DNA of 58,526 nt, from NCBI GenBank assembly GCA_035701665.1, contig DASSRQ010000044.1, forward strand, positions 1-58,526, in the 5' to 3' direction. Origin of the DNA: Vulcanimicrobiaceae bacterium. Lineage in GTDB: Bacteria > Vulcanimicrobiota > Vulcanimicrobiia > Vulcanimicrobiales > Vulcanimicrobiaceae. The position numbers and the translations under genes are program-made. Numbering within the stretch: position 1 is the stretch's first letter; every line of letters begins with the position of its first letter. This document shows positions 44,751 through 54,380 of this stretch, piece after piece. The notes beneath the pieces were generated by a model. That model ran no database searches. It had not been told where the DNA came from and saw nothing but the letters and a program-made list of their open reading frames with translations.

Positions 44751-45989
44751 ATGGAAGTGCGCTTCGTGCTCGCGCTGCTCCTGGCACTGATGCTTGCCGT
44801 TAGCTCGCTGCTCGACGCACCCGCCGAGTGGACGCAGTTTCGTTTGAACGCGGCTTCAAACGCCGTCATTCCCGGTACGCTCTCGGTTCGCTGGACTCGC
44901 ACGTTTCGCGGCGGCTTTTCTTCGAGCCCGACGCTTGCGGGCGGTTCGCTGTTCGTCGCCGACAACGCGGGCGAGCTCGCCGCACTCGATCCGGTCACGG
45001 GCCGGACGCGCTGGCTCTTTCGCGCGTTCAACCCGCTGATGTCGGCACCGCTCGTCTATCGCGGTCTGGTCATCGTCGGTGAAGGCAACGCCGATCCGAT
45101 GTTGGGAACGCCGGAGCATCCGGTGCGCGTCGGTAGCCACGCTTCGGAGCTCATCGCCGTCGATGCGCGGACGGGCGAACTGCGTTGGCGGCGGCCTTTA
45201 CCGGGGAGCGCGATGCCGACGCCGGCCATCGTAGGCGGTGTTCTCGTGCAGCACAGCGGCGGCGGCTTTTTGTCCGCATTCGATCCGCGCGACGGACGGC
45301 CGCTGTATCAAGTCAATTTATCGTCCATCGCATCGATGAGTGCCATCCTGCCGGTAGGTGACGGCAGTTACGTTACGTCGGGCGCGCTAACGAACGCGCT
45401 TTGGCGTCTTCACGCGCAGACGCCCGGCATTCTTTGGAAGCACGAGTTCGACGTGCGCGCGAGCGGTATGGGCGATTGTCCGGCGGCGTCAGCCGGCGGC
45501 TTGATCTTCTGCAACTATCTGCGTACGCGCAAACCCGCGTATCAAAACTTGATAGGCGATCCGGTGCGCATGCACGCATTTGCCGTCGACATGCAGACCG
45601 GCGTACTCGCGTGGGACGTCGCGCTCGAAAGCGGCACGCTCAAACCCCGAAACGAAGCGGCCATCCCGCTTGCAACGCCGGACACCGTGTTCGAAGGGTC
45701 GTCGGTCGCGCCGTATATGCACGCCTTGGATGCACGCACCGGGCGCGTACGATGGCGTATGAAAACGCGCGGTGTGGTGAAGGGCGGATCGGTGCTGAAC
45801 TCCGGCACGCTGTATTTCGGCGACCGCGCGGGTTATTTTTACGCTGTGGATGCGCGCACGGGCCGCAAGCGCTCGGAACACCGCTTTGCGACACAATTCA
45901 ATGTAGGATCGCCCATCTTGGCCGGGCGCACGATCGTCGCCGGCGGATTCAACGGCTTGCTCGTCGCGTTTCCTATCGGCGGCGCCTAG
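44751..45989 (+). CDS. PQQ-like beta-propeller repeat protein (secreted)
   Basis: The signal-like N-terminus is MEVRFVLALLLALMLAVSS. Motifs of the form LxAxDxxTGxxxW recur (AALDPVTGRTRW, IAVDARTGELRW, HALDARTGRVRW, YAVDARTGRK). Confidence 0.85.
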   Translation: MEVRFVLALLLALMLAVSSLLDAPAEWTQFRLNAASNAVIPGTLSVRWTRTFRGGFSSSPTLAGGSLFVADNAGELAALDPVTGRTRWLFRAFNPLMSAPLVYRGLVIVGEGNADPMLGTPEHPVRVGSHASELIAVDARTGELRWRRPLPGSAMPTPAIVGGVLVQHSGGGFLSAFDPRDGRPLYQVNLSSIASMSAILPVGDGSYVTSGALTNALWRLHAQTPGILWKHEFDVRASGMGDCPAASAGGLIFCNYLRTRKPAYQNLIGDPVRMHAFAVDMQTGVLAWDVALESGTLKPRNEAAIPLATPDTVFEGSSVAPYMHALDARTGRVRWRMKTRGVVKGGSVLNSGTLYFGDRAGYFYAVDARTGRKRSEHRFATQFNVGSPILAGRTIVAGGFNGLLVAFPIGGA

Positions 45990-46657
45990 GCGCCGAACCG
46001 CCGCTGCCGGCCGCCGAACTGCGCGACGGCTTGCGCTAGATGCTCTTCTTCAAAATCGGGCCACAGCACGGGCAGCGTAACGAACTCGCTGTACGCGCAC
46101 TGATAGATCAGAAAGTTCGAGAGGCGCTGCTCGCCGCCGGTACGGATCACGATCTCGGGATCGCCGACGTCCGGCAGATCGAGATGGCTGCGGAACACGT
46201 CTTCGGTAATCGCATCGTGCGCAACGCGATCGCGTGCGATCGAACGGACCGCGCGCAAAATCTCGTCGCGTCCGCCGTAGTTGATTGCGAGGACGAGCGT
46301 TAGACGGCTGTTGCCCGAACTCGCACGTTCGAGCGCGCGCAGTGCCGCTCGCGCCGCAAACGGCAGTCTGGCGAGATCGCCGCGAACGCGCACGCGGATG
46401 CCGGCGGCAAGCAGCTCGTCTTTACGGATCGAGGCGAACGAGGCGATCAGACGCATCAGCGCGCCGACCTCGTCGGAGCCGCGCGACCAATTCTCGGTGG
46501 AAAACCCGAAGACGGTCAGCGTGCGCACACCGAGACGCGGAGCGGCCATGACGATCCGGCGCAGCGCCGCTTCGCCGGCCGCGTGTCCGTCGGCCGGAGC
46601 CAATCCGCGCAGGCGCGCCCAGCGCCGGTTGCCGTCCATCACGATTGCCGCATGCAT
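45986..46657 (-). CDS. uppS: Isoprenyl transferase (undecaprenyl-diphosphate synthase)
   Basis: HAAIVMDGNRRWA ... TVFGFSTENWSR ... RTGGEQRLSNFLIYQCAYSEF. Confidence 0.95.
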   Translation of the reverse strand: MHAAIVMDGNRRWARLRGLAPADGHAAGEAALRRIVMAAPRLGVRTLTVFGFSTENWSRGSDEVGALMRLIASFASIRKDELLAAGIRVRVRGDLARLPFAARAALRALERASSGNSRLTLVLAINYGGRDEILRAVRSIARDRVAHDAITEDVFRSHLDLPDVGDPEIVIRTGGEQRLSNFLIYQCAYSEFVTLPVLWPDFEEEHLAQAVAQFGGRQRRFGA

Positions 46658-46734
46658 ATTAACTTTGTATCACAAAGCAATGGCGGCCGCAAGCCCGGCG
46701 GGACGCCCGCAATTGCACGCCCAACCCTGCGCGA

Positions 46735-49700
46735 ATGAATCAGGGGTACTTGCGTCAACCGGCACTCGCGGGCGACCGCGTCATCTTCGTTTGCGAGGAC
46801 GACCTGTGGTCGGCGCCGCTCGCCGGCGGTACGGCGATGCGCCTGACGACCTCGCAAGGAGCCTGTTCGCTCCCGCGCGTCTCGCCCGACGCGCAGACGA
46901 TCGCGTTTGTCGCTACCGACGAAGGCCACCCCGAACTTTATACGATGCCCGCCCGCGGCGGCCGCGCGCAGCGGCTGACGTACCTCGGCGGTACCGCGAC
47001 GATGACGAGCGCGTGGAGCCCGGACGGAAGCGAGATCTACTTCGTGGGCAACCCCAGCGCATGGTATATGCGCGAGACTCGCGGCTTCGCGATCGCGGCA
47101 AACGGCGGAGAGCCGCGCGAGCTGCAACTCGGTCACATGAAGTCGCTTTCGCCGGGTCCGCACGGACGTTTCGCGATCGGGCGTAACGAAACGGACGCGG
47201 CGCGCTGGAAGCGGTATCGCGGCGGCACCTCGGGCGAAGTGTGGGCCGACGTACGCGAACCGGGAGAGTTCGACAAACTGCCGCTTCCCGACGGCAATCC
47301 GACGTGGCCGATGTGGATCGGCGAGCGGATCTATTTTCTCTCCGATCACGAAGGCATCGGAAATCTGTACTCGTGCGATCTTGCCGGCGGCGACGTGCAG
47401 CGGCATACGCATCACAACGATTACTATGCGCGCTTCCCGTCAACCGACGGAATGCGCATCGTGTATAGCGCAGGCGCAGTGCTGTATTGTTACGACATCG
47501 CGTCCGGCGAAACGCGCGAACTCGCGATCGACGTACCTTCGGCGGCACCGCAGACCGCGCGCCGGTTTGCAGCCGGCAGCGAAGAGTTCACCGAGTTCGC
47601 GCCCTCGCCCGACGGAACGCGCATCGCGCTGATCGCGCGCGGCCGCCCGTTCACGATGCCGCTGTGGGAGGACGCGCCGCTCAACCACGGCGACAAACCC
47701 GGCGTGCGTTATCGCAACATTGCCTGGATGCACGACGGAAAGCGAATCGCACTCACGACCGATGAGAACGGCTACGAGCAGATTGCAATTGCCGGTGCGG
47801 AAGCCGGCGGTACGATGCGGATCGTTACCAGCGGCGATATCGGCCGCGTCACCGAGCTCGTGTGTTCGCCGTCAAACGATCGCATCGCATTTGCAAATCA
47901 CCGCTACGAACTCGTGCTCGTCGACAACGACGGCTCGCTGCGCGTGCTGGACAAGAGTCTTGGCAATCGCGTTACCGATCTCGCGTTTTCCCCCGACGGC
48001 CGGTGGCTCGCGTACGTGTGGTGGCCCGGCGGCGACAACCGCGCGATCATCCGCATCGTAAAGTGCAAATCGGGCGACGCTTTCGACGTAACGCCGACGC
48101 TCCGCGTCGATCAAGCGCCCGCGTGGGATCCGGAAGGGAAGTATCTGTACTTCATCTCGACGCGCGACTTCGATCCGGTCTACGATGCGCTGCAGTTCAA
48201 TCTCAGCTTCCCGCAAGCACAGCGGCCGTTTTTGGTGACGCTGCGCAAAGACGTGCCGAATCCGTTCTCGCCCAAGCCCAAACCGGTTCACCGCGAGCAC
48301 GAACACGAACGCGAAGACGCGCAAGAGGAACGCAAACGCGCCGACAAGCCGCCGCGCATCGATATCGACAAAGACGGCATCACCGGCCGCATCCTCAGCT
48401 TCCCGGTCGACGAAGGCGACTACGGCGACGTAGCGGCCGTACGCGGGCGCGTGTATTTCACGCGATTCGAAGTTCGCGGCATCAAGCCGGGCGATCGCGG
48501 CTGGGACGACGATGCGCCGGGCGGCACACTCGTCGCGTACGATTTCGAACAGCAGCGCAGTGCGACCGTGGCGCAAGACGTCTCGGATATCGCGCTTGCA
48601 AGCGACAATCACACGCTGGCCTATACGTCGCACGACCGCCTGCGCATCATCGATGCGCTTGCCGATCTGCCCGACGACGGCGACGATGCGAAACCGCCTT
48701 CAGAACCCGGCCGCAAGAGCGGCTGGATCGACCTCGATCGCATCAACGTCGAGATCGATCCGCCGGCCGAGTGGCGTCAGATGTATATGGAAGCATGGCG
48801 CATGCAGACCGAGCAGTTTTGGGTCGAGGATATGTCCGACATCGACTGGGACCGCGTTAAGGACCGGTACGCGGAACTGCTGCCGCTCGTGCGAACGCGC
48901 AGCGAGTTATCGGACGTCATCTGGGAGATGCACGGCGAGCTCGGAACCTCGCACGCGTACGAGATCGGCGGCGACTTGCGCCGGCCGCCCGACTACAACA
49001 GCGGATTTTTGGGAGCCGATCTCAAGCGAGCCGGGAACGGCTGGCAAGTCGAACGCCTGTACCGCGGCGACTCGTGGAACCGCGAGGTAGATTCGCCGCT
49101 TGCCGAGCCCGGTTTGAACGTCGAACCCGGCGACGTCATCGTGGCGATCGGCGGACGCCGGCTTAGCGACGATCTCACGCCGCAGCAGGCGCTGGTCAAC
49201 ATGGCCGGGCGCGACGTCGCGGTCACGCTGCTGCGCGGCGGACAAGAGCGGACTATCGCTGTCCGCGCGTTGGCAAGCGAGCAGCCCCTGCGCTATCGCG
49301 CGTGGGTCGACGCCAACCGCGCGTACGTGCACGAAAAAACGAACGGAACGATCGGCTACGTGCACGTTCCGGATATGGGTCCGTGGGGATTCTCGGAGTT
49401 TCACCGCGGCTATCTCTCGGAGTTCGATCGCGACGGCTTGCTCGTCGACGTGCGTTACAACCGGGGCGGCCACGTCTCGCCGCTGCTGCTCGAGAAACTC
49501 GTGCGTAAACGCGTCGGGTACGACGTGTCCCGCCACAGCAACAAACCGATGCCGTATCCGCCCGAATCGGTCGCCGGGCCGATCGTTGCGCTAACGAATC
49601 AGTTTGCGGGATCCGACGGCGATATCTTCAGCCACTGCTTCAAGCTGTACAAGATCGGTCCGCTCGTCGGAAAGCGCACGTGGGGCGGCGTGATCGGCAT

Positions 49701-49965
49701 CAATCCGTATCACGCACTCGTTGACGGCACGGTCACCACGCAGCCGGAGTTTTCGTTCTGGTTCAAAGACGTCGGCTGGAACGTCGAAAACTACGGCACC
49801 GATCCGGATTACGACATCGATATCGCGCCGCACGATTACCGCGCCGGTAAAGATCCGCAGCTGGACTTTGCGATCAACCTCGTCTCGCAAGCGGCAACGA
49901 AGCACGTCGAACCGTATCCGGATCTCTCCGCGCGTCCCTCGCTGCCGCTTCCGAGTCTGCCGTAG
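46735..49965 (+). CDS. Tricorn-type protease (S41 family: beta-propellers + PDZ + peptidase)
   Basis: 1076 aa. The N-terminus is GYLRQPALAGDRVIFVCEDDLWSAPLAGG ... PRVSPDAQTIAF. The C-terminal S41-like core reads IGYVHVPDMG...DVRYNRGGH...TNQFAGSDGDIF...GKRTWGG. Confidence 0.9.
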   Translation: MNQGYLRQPALAGDRVIFVCEDDLWSAPLAGGTAMRLTTSQGACSLPRVSPDAQTIAFVATDEGHPELYTMPARGGRAQRLTYLGGTATMTSAWSPDGSEIYFVGNPSAWYMRETRGFAIAANGGEPRELQLGHMKSLSPGPHGRFAIGRNETDAARWKRYRGGTSGEVWADVREPGEFDKLPLPDGNPTWPMWIGERIYFLSDHEGIGNLYSCDLAGGDVQRHTHHNDYYARFPSTDGMRIVYSAGAVLYCYDIASGETRELAIDVPSAAPQTARRFAAGSEEFTEFAPSPDGTRIALIARGRPFTMPLWEDAPLNHGDKPGVRYRNIAWMHDGKRIALTTDENGYEQIAIAGAEAGGTMRIVTSGDIGRVTELVCSPSNDRIAFANHRYELVLVDNDGSLRVLDKSLGNRVTDLAFSPDGRWLAYVWWPGGDNRAIIRIVKCKSGDAFDVTPTLRVDQAPAWDPEGKYLYFISTRDFDPVYDALQFNLSFPQAQRPFLVTLRKDVPNPFSPKPKPVHREHEHEREDAQEERKRADKPPRIDIDKDGITGRILSFPVDEGDYGDVAAVRGRVYFTRFEVRGIKPGDRGWDDDAPGGTLVAYDFEQQRSATVAQDVSDIALASDNHTLAYTSHDRLRIIDALADLPDDGDDAKPPSEPGRKSGWIDLDRINVEIDPPAEWRQMYMEAWRMQTEQFWVEDMSDIDWDRVKDRYAELLPLVRTRSELSDVIWEMHGELGTSHAYEIGGDLRRPPDYNSGFLGADLKRAGNGWQVERLYRGDSWNREVDSPLAEPGLNVEPGDVIVAIGGRRLSDDLTPQQALVNMAGRDVAVTLLRGGQERTIAVRALASEQPLRYRAWVDANRAYVHEKTNGTIGYVHVPDMGPWGFSEFHRGYLSEFDRDGLLVDVRYNRGGHVSPLLLEKLVRKRVGYDVSRHSNKPMPYPPESVAGPIVALTNQFAGSDGDIFSHCFKLYKIGPLVGKRTWGGVIGINPYHALVDGTVTTQPEFSFWFKDVGWNVENYGTDPDYDIDIAPHDYRAGKDPQLDFAINLVSQAATKHVEPYPDLSARPSLPLPSLP

Positions 49966-49966
49966 G

Positions 49967-50830
49967 TTAGTGCACCTTCATCGTCGAGACGGGGATGAAG
50001 TGCAGCTGCGAAAGCAGCGTCGTGTCGGTCGTGACGAAGTTGATGAAATCGGCTACGTTCGCGGCCGGCTGGCCGTTGGTGAACATGTGCTCGTACGACC
50101 AGAACGGATACTTGCCGCTCTGCACGTTCGCATCGTTCGGCGCTACGCCGTTAATTGCAACGGCGACCTGCTGTCCCGGTTTGACGTAGCCCATCGCAAC
50201 GTAGGAAACCGCTCCCGCGGTCTGCGAGACCATCGTAGCAACGGTTCCCGACGAATCTTGCGTCAAGCCCGCGTCGCTCGGCTGCGCGCCGCCCATAACC
50301 TTGTCGACGAACACGGCGCGCGTTCCGGAGCTGCGCGGACGGTTGATGATCGTAATCGCCTGATTGGCGCCGCCGGCCGCTTTCCAATTGGTGATTTTGC
50401 CGCTGAAGATATCGCGAATCTGCTGCGTCGTTAGATTCTTCACGCCGGCCTGCGGGTTGACCGCAACGCCGAACGCGACGACCGCAACTTTATGATCGAC
50501 GAGCGCCGGCTGTCCCGTTGCGGGAATATCTGAGTCGCCGATGTCCGCGCCCTTTTGCGCGACTTGCGTGATGCCGGTCACGGAGCCGCCGCCCGAAACA
50601 CCGATTTTTACATCGGCGTGCTTGGTTTGATAATCGGTTGCTGCCTGTTTGACCAGCGGCAGCAGCGCCGTCGATCCGACGGCCGTGATCGTTGCACCCG
50701 CCTGCGCGTTCGATTGGGTCGTTGTCGTCGACGTCTGCGACGATTGCGAGCCCGAGTTTCCGCTGCACGCACCGAGCGTTACTGTTAAAGCGGCCGCAAG
50801 CGCCGCTGCACTGAAGTTTCGCAATTGCAT
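49967..50830 (-). CDS. pstS: Phosphate ABC transporter substrate-binding lipoprotein (PstS family)
   Basis: The lipobox is TVTLGACSG. GSTALLPLVKQAATDY ... NRPRSSGTR ... YPFWSYEHM. Confidence 0.85.
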   Translation of the reverse strand: MQLRNFSAAALAAALTVTLGACSGNSGSQSSQTSTTTTQSNAQAGATITAVGSTALLPLVKQAATDYQTKHADVKIGVSGGGSVTGITQVAQKGADIGDSDIPATGQPALVDHKVAVVAFGVAVNPQAGVKNLTTQQIRDIFSGKITNWKAAGGANQAITIINRPRSSGTRAVFVDKVMGGAQPSDAGLTQDSSGTVATMVSQTAGAVSYVAMGYVKPGQQVAVAINGVAPNDANVQSGKYPFWSYEHMFTNGQPAANVADFINFVTTDTTLLSQLHFIPVSTMKVH

Positions 50831-50839
50831 GCCCGAGGG

Positions 50840-51730
50840 TTACTCGATGCCGGTGCGCCCGTCCTCGAACAAGAGTGAGAGCAACCGGGGATAGACCGCA
50901 TCCGTGCGCGCCTTGGGGTTGTCCGGTTCTACGATGTCGTGGTTGCGCGGCAGGCCCGGGATCGCAATCGTGCGCGCGTCGGAACCGGCGCGGCGCCAGC
51001 GTGCGACGACTTCTTCCGTTACGGCATTGTTCACCGCGGGATCGGCCGGGTTGACGACCGCCCGGACGGGCGAGCGCAGCGGTGCGCCCGCTTCCAGGTC
51101 GCCCGCAATGCGCAGCGTCTGCGCTAATGCGCGCGTCGAAAAACGCGGATAGGCCGTGAGCGGATGCATCCCGTTCTTCACGCGCGGATCCCACCAGAGC
51201 ATCATATTCGGAAGAACGCGCATCGCGAGCGCTGCGGCGTGCGTTGCGGCGAGCGAGAGATCGAGGATCGCAAACTCCGGCGCGATGGCGATCGCTTGCG
51301 CAAGATCGCCGCGGAACTGCGCGAGATAACACGCAATGAGTCCGCTCGACGAGATTCCCAGTACGGCGACGCGTTCGCCCAAGCCGCATGCGGCGTCGAC
51401 CGCATCGACCGCGCGTTCGATCAGCATCTCCGCTTTGAGCCGCTTTAGGCGTTTCGTCATCCGGTCGCGGTCGCCGTGTTCGGGCAGACGCGGAATCAGC
51501 ACGTTCGCGCCGCGTTCGAAGACGAGCGGCGCGAACGCGCGGTACTGCCCGGGATGGTTCGTGAAGCCGTGAAGCAGCACGACCGCGAGCGGCGCGCGTG
51601 CACCGTGATGCAGCAGCGTGGTATGCGCTTGCGGTAGGATCTCCGGACCATCCAAGCTCTGCAGCGCGCGAACGCGCGCTACCGCCGCGTCGAACGACGC
51701 AGCCGGATCTATCCGCGCCGCCGAAAGCAC
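50840..51730 (-). CDS. Alpha/beta hydrolase (paralogue 1)
   Basis: 296 aa. VVLLHGFTNHP ... LPEHGDRDR ... the nucleophile elbow GISSS ... WWDP ... HDIVEP. Confidence 0.8.
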   Translation of the reverse strand: MLSAARIDPAASFDAAVARVRALQSLDGPEILPQAHTTLLHHGARAPLAVVLLHGFTNHPGQYRAFAPLVFERGANVLIPRLPEHGDRDRMTKRLKRLKAEMLIERAVDAVDAACGLGERVAVLGISSSGLIACYLAQFRGDLAQAIAIAPEFAILDLSLAATHAAALAMRVLPNMMLWWDPRVKNGMHPLTAYPRFSTRALAQTLRIAGDLEAGAPLRSPVRAVVNPADPAVNNAVTEEVVARWRRAGSDARTIAIPGLPRNHDIVEPDNPKARTDAVYPRLLSLLFEDGRTGIE

Positions 51731-52260
51731 GCGGTTTCGTGATCGTCGACTAAGCCGACGGCCTGCATGTACGAATAACAGATGGTCGATCCGACAAAAC
51801 GGAATCCGCGTTTGCGCAGATCTTTACTGAGCGCGTCGGACAGCGGCGTGGTTGCCGGCAGCGGTTCGCCGGCTTTGCGCCGGCTTTTTACCGTCTTTCC
51901 GCCCACGAAGTTCCACACGTAGGCATCGAACGAGCCGAACTCGCGCTGGACACGCAGAAACGCCTTTGCATTCGTAACAGCCGAAGCGACTTTGAGCCGG
52001 TTGCGCACGATGCCCTCGTCTTCGAGCAGCGCGGCGATCTTCTTTTCGCTGAAACGTGCCACCCGGACCGGATCGAACTGTGCGAACACCGCGCGGTAGC
52101 GATCCCGCTTACGTAGAATGACTTCCCAGCTCAGCCCGGCTTGCGCGCCTTCGAGAATCAAGAACTCGAAGTGTACGCGATCGTCGTGAACCGGTGCTCC
52201 CCACTCTTCGTCGTGATACGCAACGGCCAGGTCGCTGCGCGCCCACGAACAGCGCTTCAC
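51709..52260 (-). CDS. tag: DNA-3-methyladenine glycosylase I
   Basis: RCSWARSDLAVAYHDEEWGAPVHDDRVHFEFLILEGAQAGLSWEVILRKR ... FVGSTICYSYMQAVGLVDDH. The GTG start at 52260 overlaps the upstream stop (GTGA). Confidence 0.9.
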   Translation of the reverse strand: MKRCSWARSDLAVAYHDEEWGAPVHDDRVHFEFLILEGAQAGLSWEVILRKRDRYRAVFAQFDPVRVARFSEKKIAALLEDEGIVRNRLKVASAVTNAKAFLRVQREFGSFDAYVWNFVGGKTVKSRRKAGEPLPATTPLSDALSKDLRKRGFRFVGSTICYSYMQAVGLVDDHETACFRRRG

Positions 52261-53117
52261 CGGTCGATCATCTCGACGAGCTGTGCGTTCACGCGCTGCG
52301 CGAGTGCAGGATACCGTTTCGGCTCGACGATGTCGTGCACCATCGGTACGCCGCGGAGTTTCACGATCTCGAGCGATCCCGGTTTCGACGCGGCCCACAA
52401 ACGCGCGAGTTTATGGATCGCGCGATTGTTCACCGCCGGCTCCCACCGGTGCGTAACGAGCGTAAGACGTTCCGCCGCCGGCGCTTCGGTTCGTGCGCGC
52501 GCAAACAACTCGTCGGCGAGGCTGAGTCCGTGCGCGATGGCATGCGTCGAATACTGCGGGTAGCCGTGATCGGGCTGCTGGCGCTCGCGCAAAATCGGAT
52601 CCCACCAATAGAACTGGTTCGGCAGCGCCAATGCGAGCCGCGCGGCCAGCGCGCGAAGTGAAGCCGGCAAAAACTTGACGCCCAGGAACGGCGAGAGCGC
52701 AAGGGCGCTGTGCACCGGCGCGATCTGGCCGGCGTAGCAGCTCAAGAGACCGCCGAGCGAAAATCCCGCGACGTGCACGCGCTCGCCGAAGCCATGCGCG
52801 ATCTCCAGCGCATCCGCGGCACAGGCCTTGAGCTGCCGCGAATCCAGCGTTTCGAGCGCGCGGCTGTGCCGGTCGCGATACCCATGGCGCGGCAGGCGCG
52901 GAACGAACACGTTGTGACCGCGGGCGTGCAGGCCTTCGGCGATAGCGACGAGTTGGCGCGGACTGGCGGACAGCCCGTGAAAAAGGACCGTCGCGTGTTC
53001 CGTGCGCCGGCCGTGATCGAAAGCAAGCGTCCGCGTAGAAACGCCGATGCGGTCGCCGTCGCGTTCTAAAAAGCGCTGTAAACGTTCGCGCGCGCGTGCG
53101 TACGCGGCATCAGGCAT
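52257..53117 (-). CDS. Alpha/beta hydrolase (paralogue 2)
   Basis: The start is ATG 53117 (MPDAAYARARE). VLFHGLSASP ... LPRHGYRDR ... GFSLGG ... WWDP ... HDIVEP. The upstream two-thirds of track ORF 52257-54092 is antisense to rocD. Confidence 0.8.
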   Translation of the reverse strand: MPDAAYARARERLQRFLERDGDRIGVSTRTLAFDHGRRTEHATVLFHGLSASPRQLVAIAEGLHARGHNVFVPRLPRHGYRDRHSRALETLDSRQLKACAADALEIAHGFGERVHVAGFSLGGLLSCYAGQIAPVHSALALSPFLGVKFLPASLRALAARLALALPNQFYWWDPILRERQQPDHGYPQYSTHAIAHGLSLADELFARARTEAPAAERLTLVTHRWEPAVNNRAIHKLARLWAASKPGSLEIVKLRGVPMVHDIVEPKRYPALAQRVNAQLVEMIDR

Positions 53118-53147
53118 AAAAGAGGTTGGTATCCTGCTGGTCCTTAA

Positions 53148-54380
53148 GTGCTGGTTATGATGGCGGACGTTCGCGCAGACAGCCACGAATTCATAGCATT
53201 GGAAGACCGGTACGGAGCACACAACTATCATCCGTTGGATGTCGTCGTCCACCGTGCCGAGGACGTCTGGCTGTACGACGTCGAGGGAAACCGGTACCTG
53301 GACTGCGTGAGCGCGTACTCCGCGGTCAACCAAGGCCACTGCCACCCCAAGATCCGCGAGGCGCTCGTGGAACAAGCGGCGCGCGTTACGCTGACGTCGC
53401 GGGCGATGCGCAACGATCGCATGGGCGAGTTTCTGCGCAAACTGACCTCGCTCTGCGGGTTCGAGATGGCGCTTCCCATGAACACCGGCGTCGAGGCGGT
53501 GGAAACCGCGATCAAACTGGCACGCCGGTACGGGTACGACACGAAGGGCATTCCCGACGGGAAAGCCGAGATCGTCGTTTTCAACAACAATTTTCACGGG
53601 CGGACGACGGCTGCGATCAGCGCCAGTTCGACACCCGAGTACCGCCGCAGCTTCGGCCCGTTTACGCCGGGCTTCGTGTTTGTCGAATACGGCGACTTTG
53701 CCGCACTCGAACGGGCAATCACGCCGGACACGTGCGCGATCCTCATCGAGCCGATTCAAGGCGAGGGCGGCGTTATCGTGCCGCCCGAGGGATTCTTGAA
53801 GCGGGCTTGGGCGCTGTGCCGCGAGCATCGCGTGCTGTTTATCGCCGACGAGATTCAAACCGGACTCGGCCGCACGGGCGATCTGTTTGCGTGCGATCAT
53901 GACGGTATCAAACCCGACGTGCTGATCGTCGGTAAAGCGCTCGGCGGCGGCTTCTATCCCGTCTCGGCGGTGCTCGCGTCCAGCGAACTGCTGCTGCTGT
54001 TCAAAGCGGGCGATCACGGCAGCACGTTCGGCGGAAATCCGCTGGGCGCAGCCGTTGCCATCGCCGCGATGGACGTCATCGTCGAAGAGCATTTACCGGC
54101 GCGCGCGCGCCGCGCCGGCGGGGAGATCGTAAAGGCGCTCCAGGCGATGCAGTCGCCGATCGTGCGCGAGATCCGCGGCCGCGGATTGCTCATCGGCCTC
54201 GAACTTACGGTAAAAGCGCGTCCGCTGTGCGAACGGCTGCTGAAGCTGGGCGTCGTCGCGAAAGATACGCACGACAACGTCTTGCGCATTGCGCCGCCGC
54301 TCACGATAGACGCGGCCGCAATCGACCTTCTGGTGGAAGCATTTAAGAACGTTCTGTGTACGCCGCCGTCGACCGACTAG
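53148..54380 (+). CDS. rocD: Ornithine--oxo-acid aminotransferase
   Basis: YGAHNYHPLDVVV ... YLDCVSAYSAVNQGHCHPKI ... LFIADEIQTGLGRTG ... GKALGGGFYPVSA. Confidence 0.9.
   Translation: MLVMMADVRADSHEFIALEDRYGAHNYHPLDVVVHRAEDVWLYDVEGNRYLDCVSAYSAVNQGHCHPKIREALVEQAARVTLTSRAMRNDRMGEFLRKLTSLCGFEMALPMNTGVEAVETAIKLARRYGYDTKGIPDGKAEIVVFNNNFHGRTTAAISASSTPEYRRSFGPFTPGFVFVEYGDFAALERAITPDTCAILIEPIQGEGGVIVPPEGFLKRAWALCREHRVLFIADEIQTGLGRTGDLFACDHDGIKPDVLIVGKALGGGFYPVSAVLASSELLLLFKAGDHGSTFGGNPLGAAVAIAAMDVIVEEHLPARARRAGGEIVKALQAMQSPIVREIRGRGLLIGLELTVKARPLCERLLKLGVVAKDTHDNVLRIAPPLTIDAAAIDLLVEAFKNVLCTPPSTD

Noticed and set aside
43793-45031. 412-aa minus-strand ORF overlapping meaB and the start of the PQQ-repeat gene
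   Set aside because: It is an Arg/Ala-rich alternative frame. The meaB frame contains the GxxGxGKST, DxxG and NKxD GTPase motifs.
52257-54092. A 611-aa minus-strand ORF taken at face value
   Set aside because: Only the C-terminal 286 aa (from ATG 53117) form an alpha/beta hydrolase. The upstream part is antisense to the clearly recognisable ornithine aminotransferase gene.
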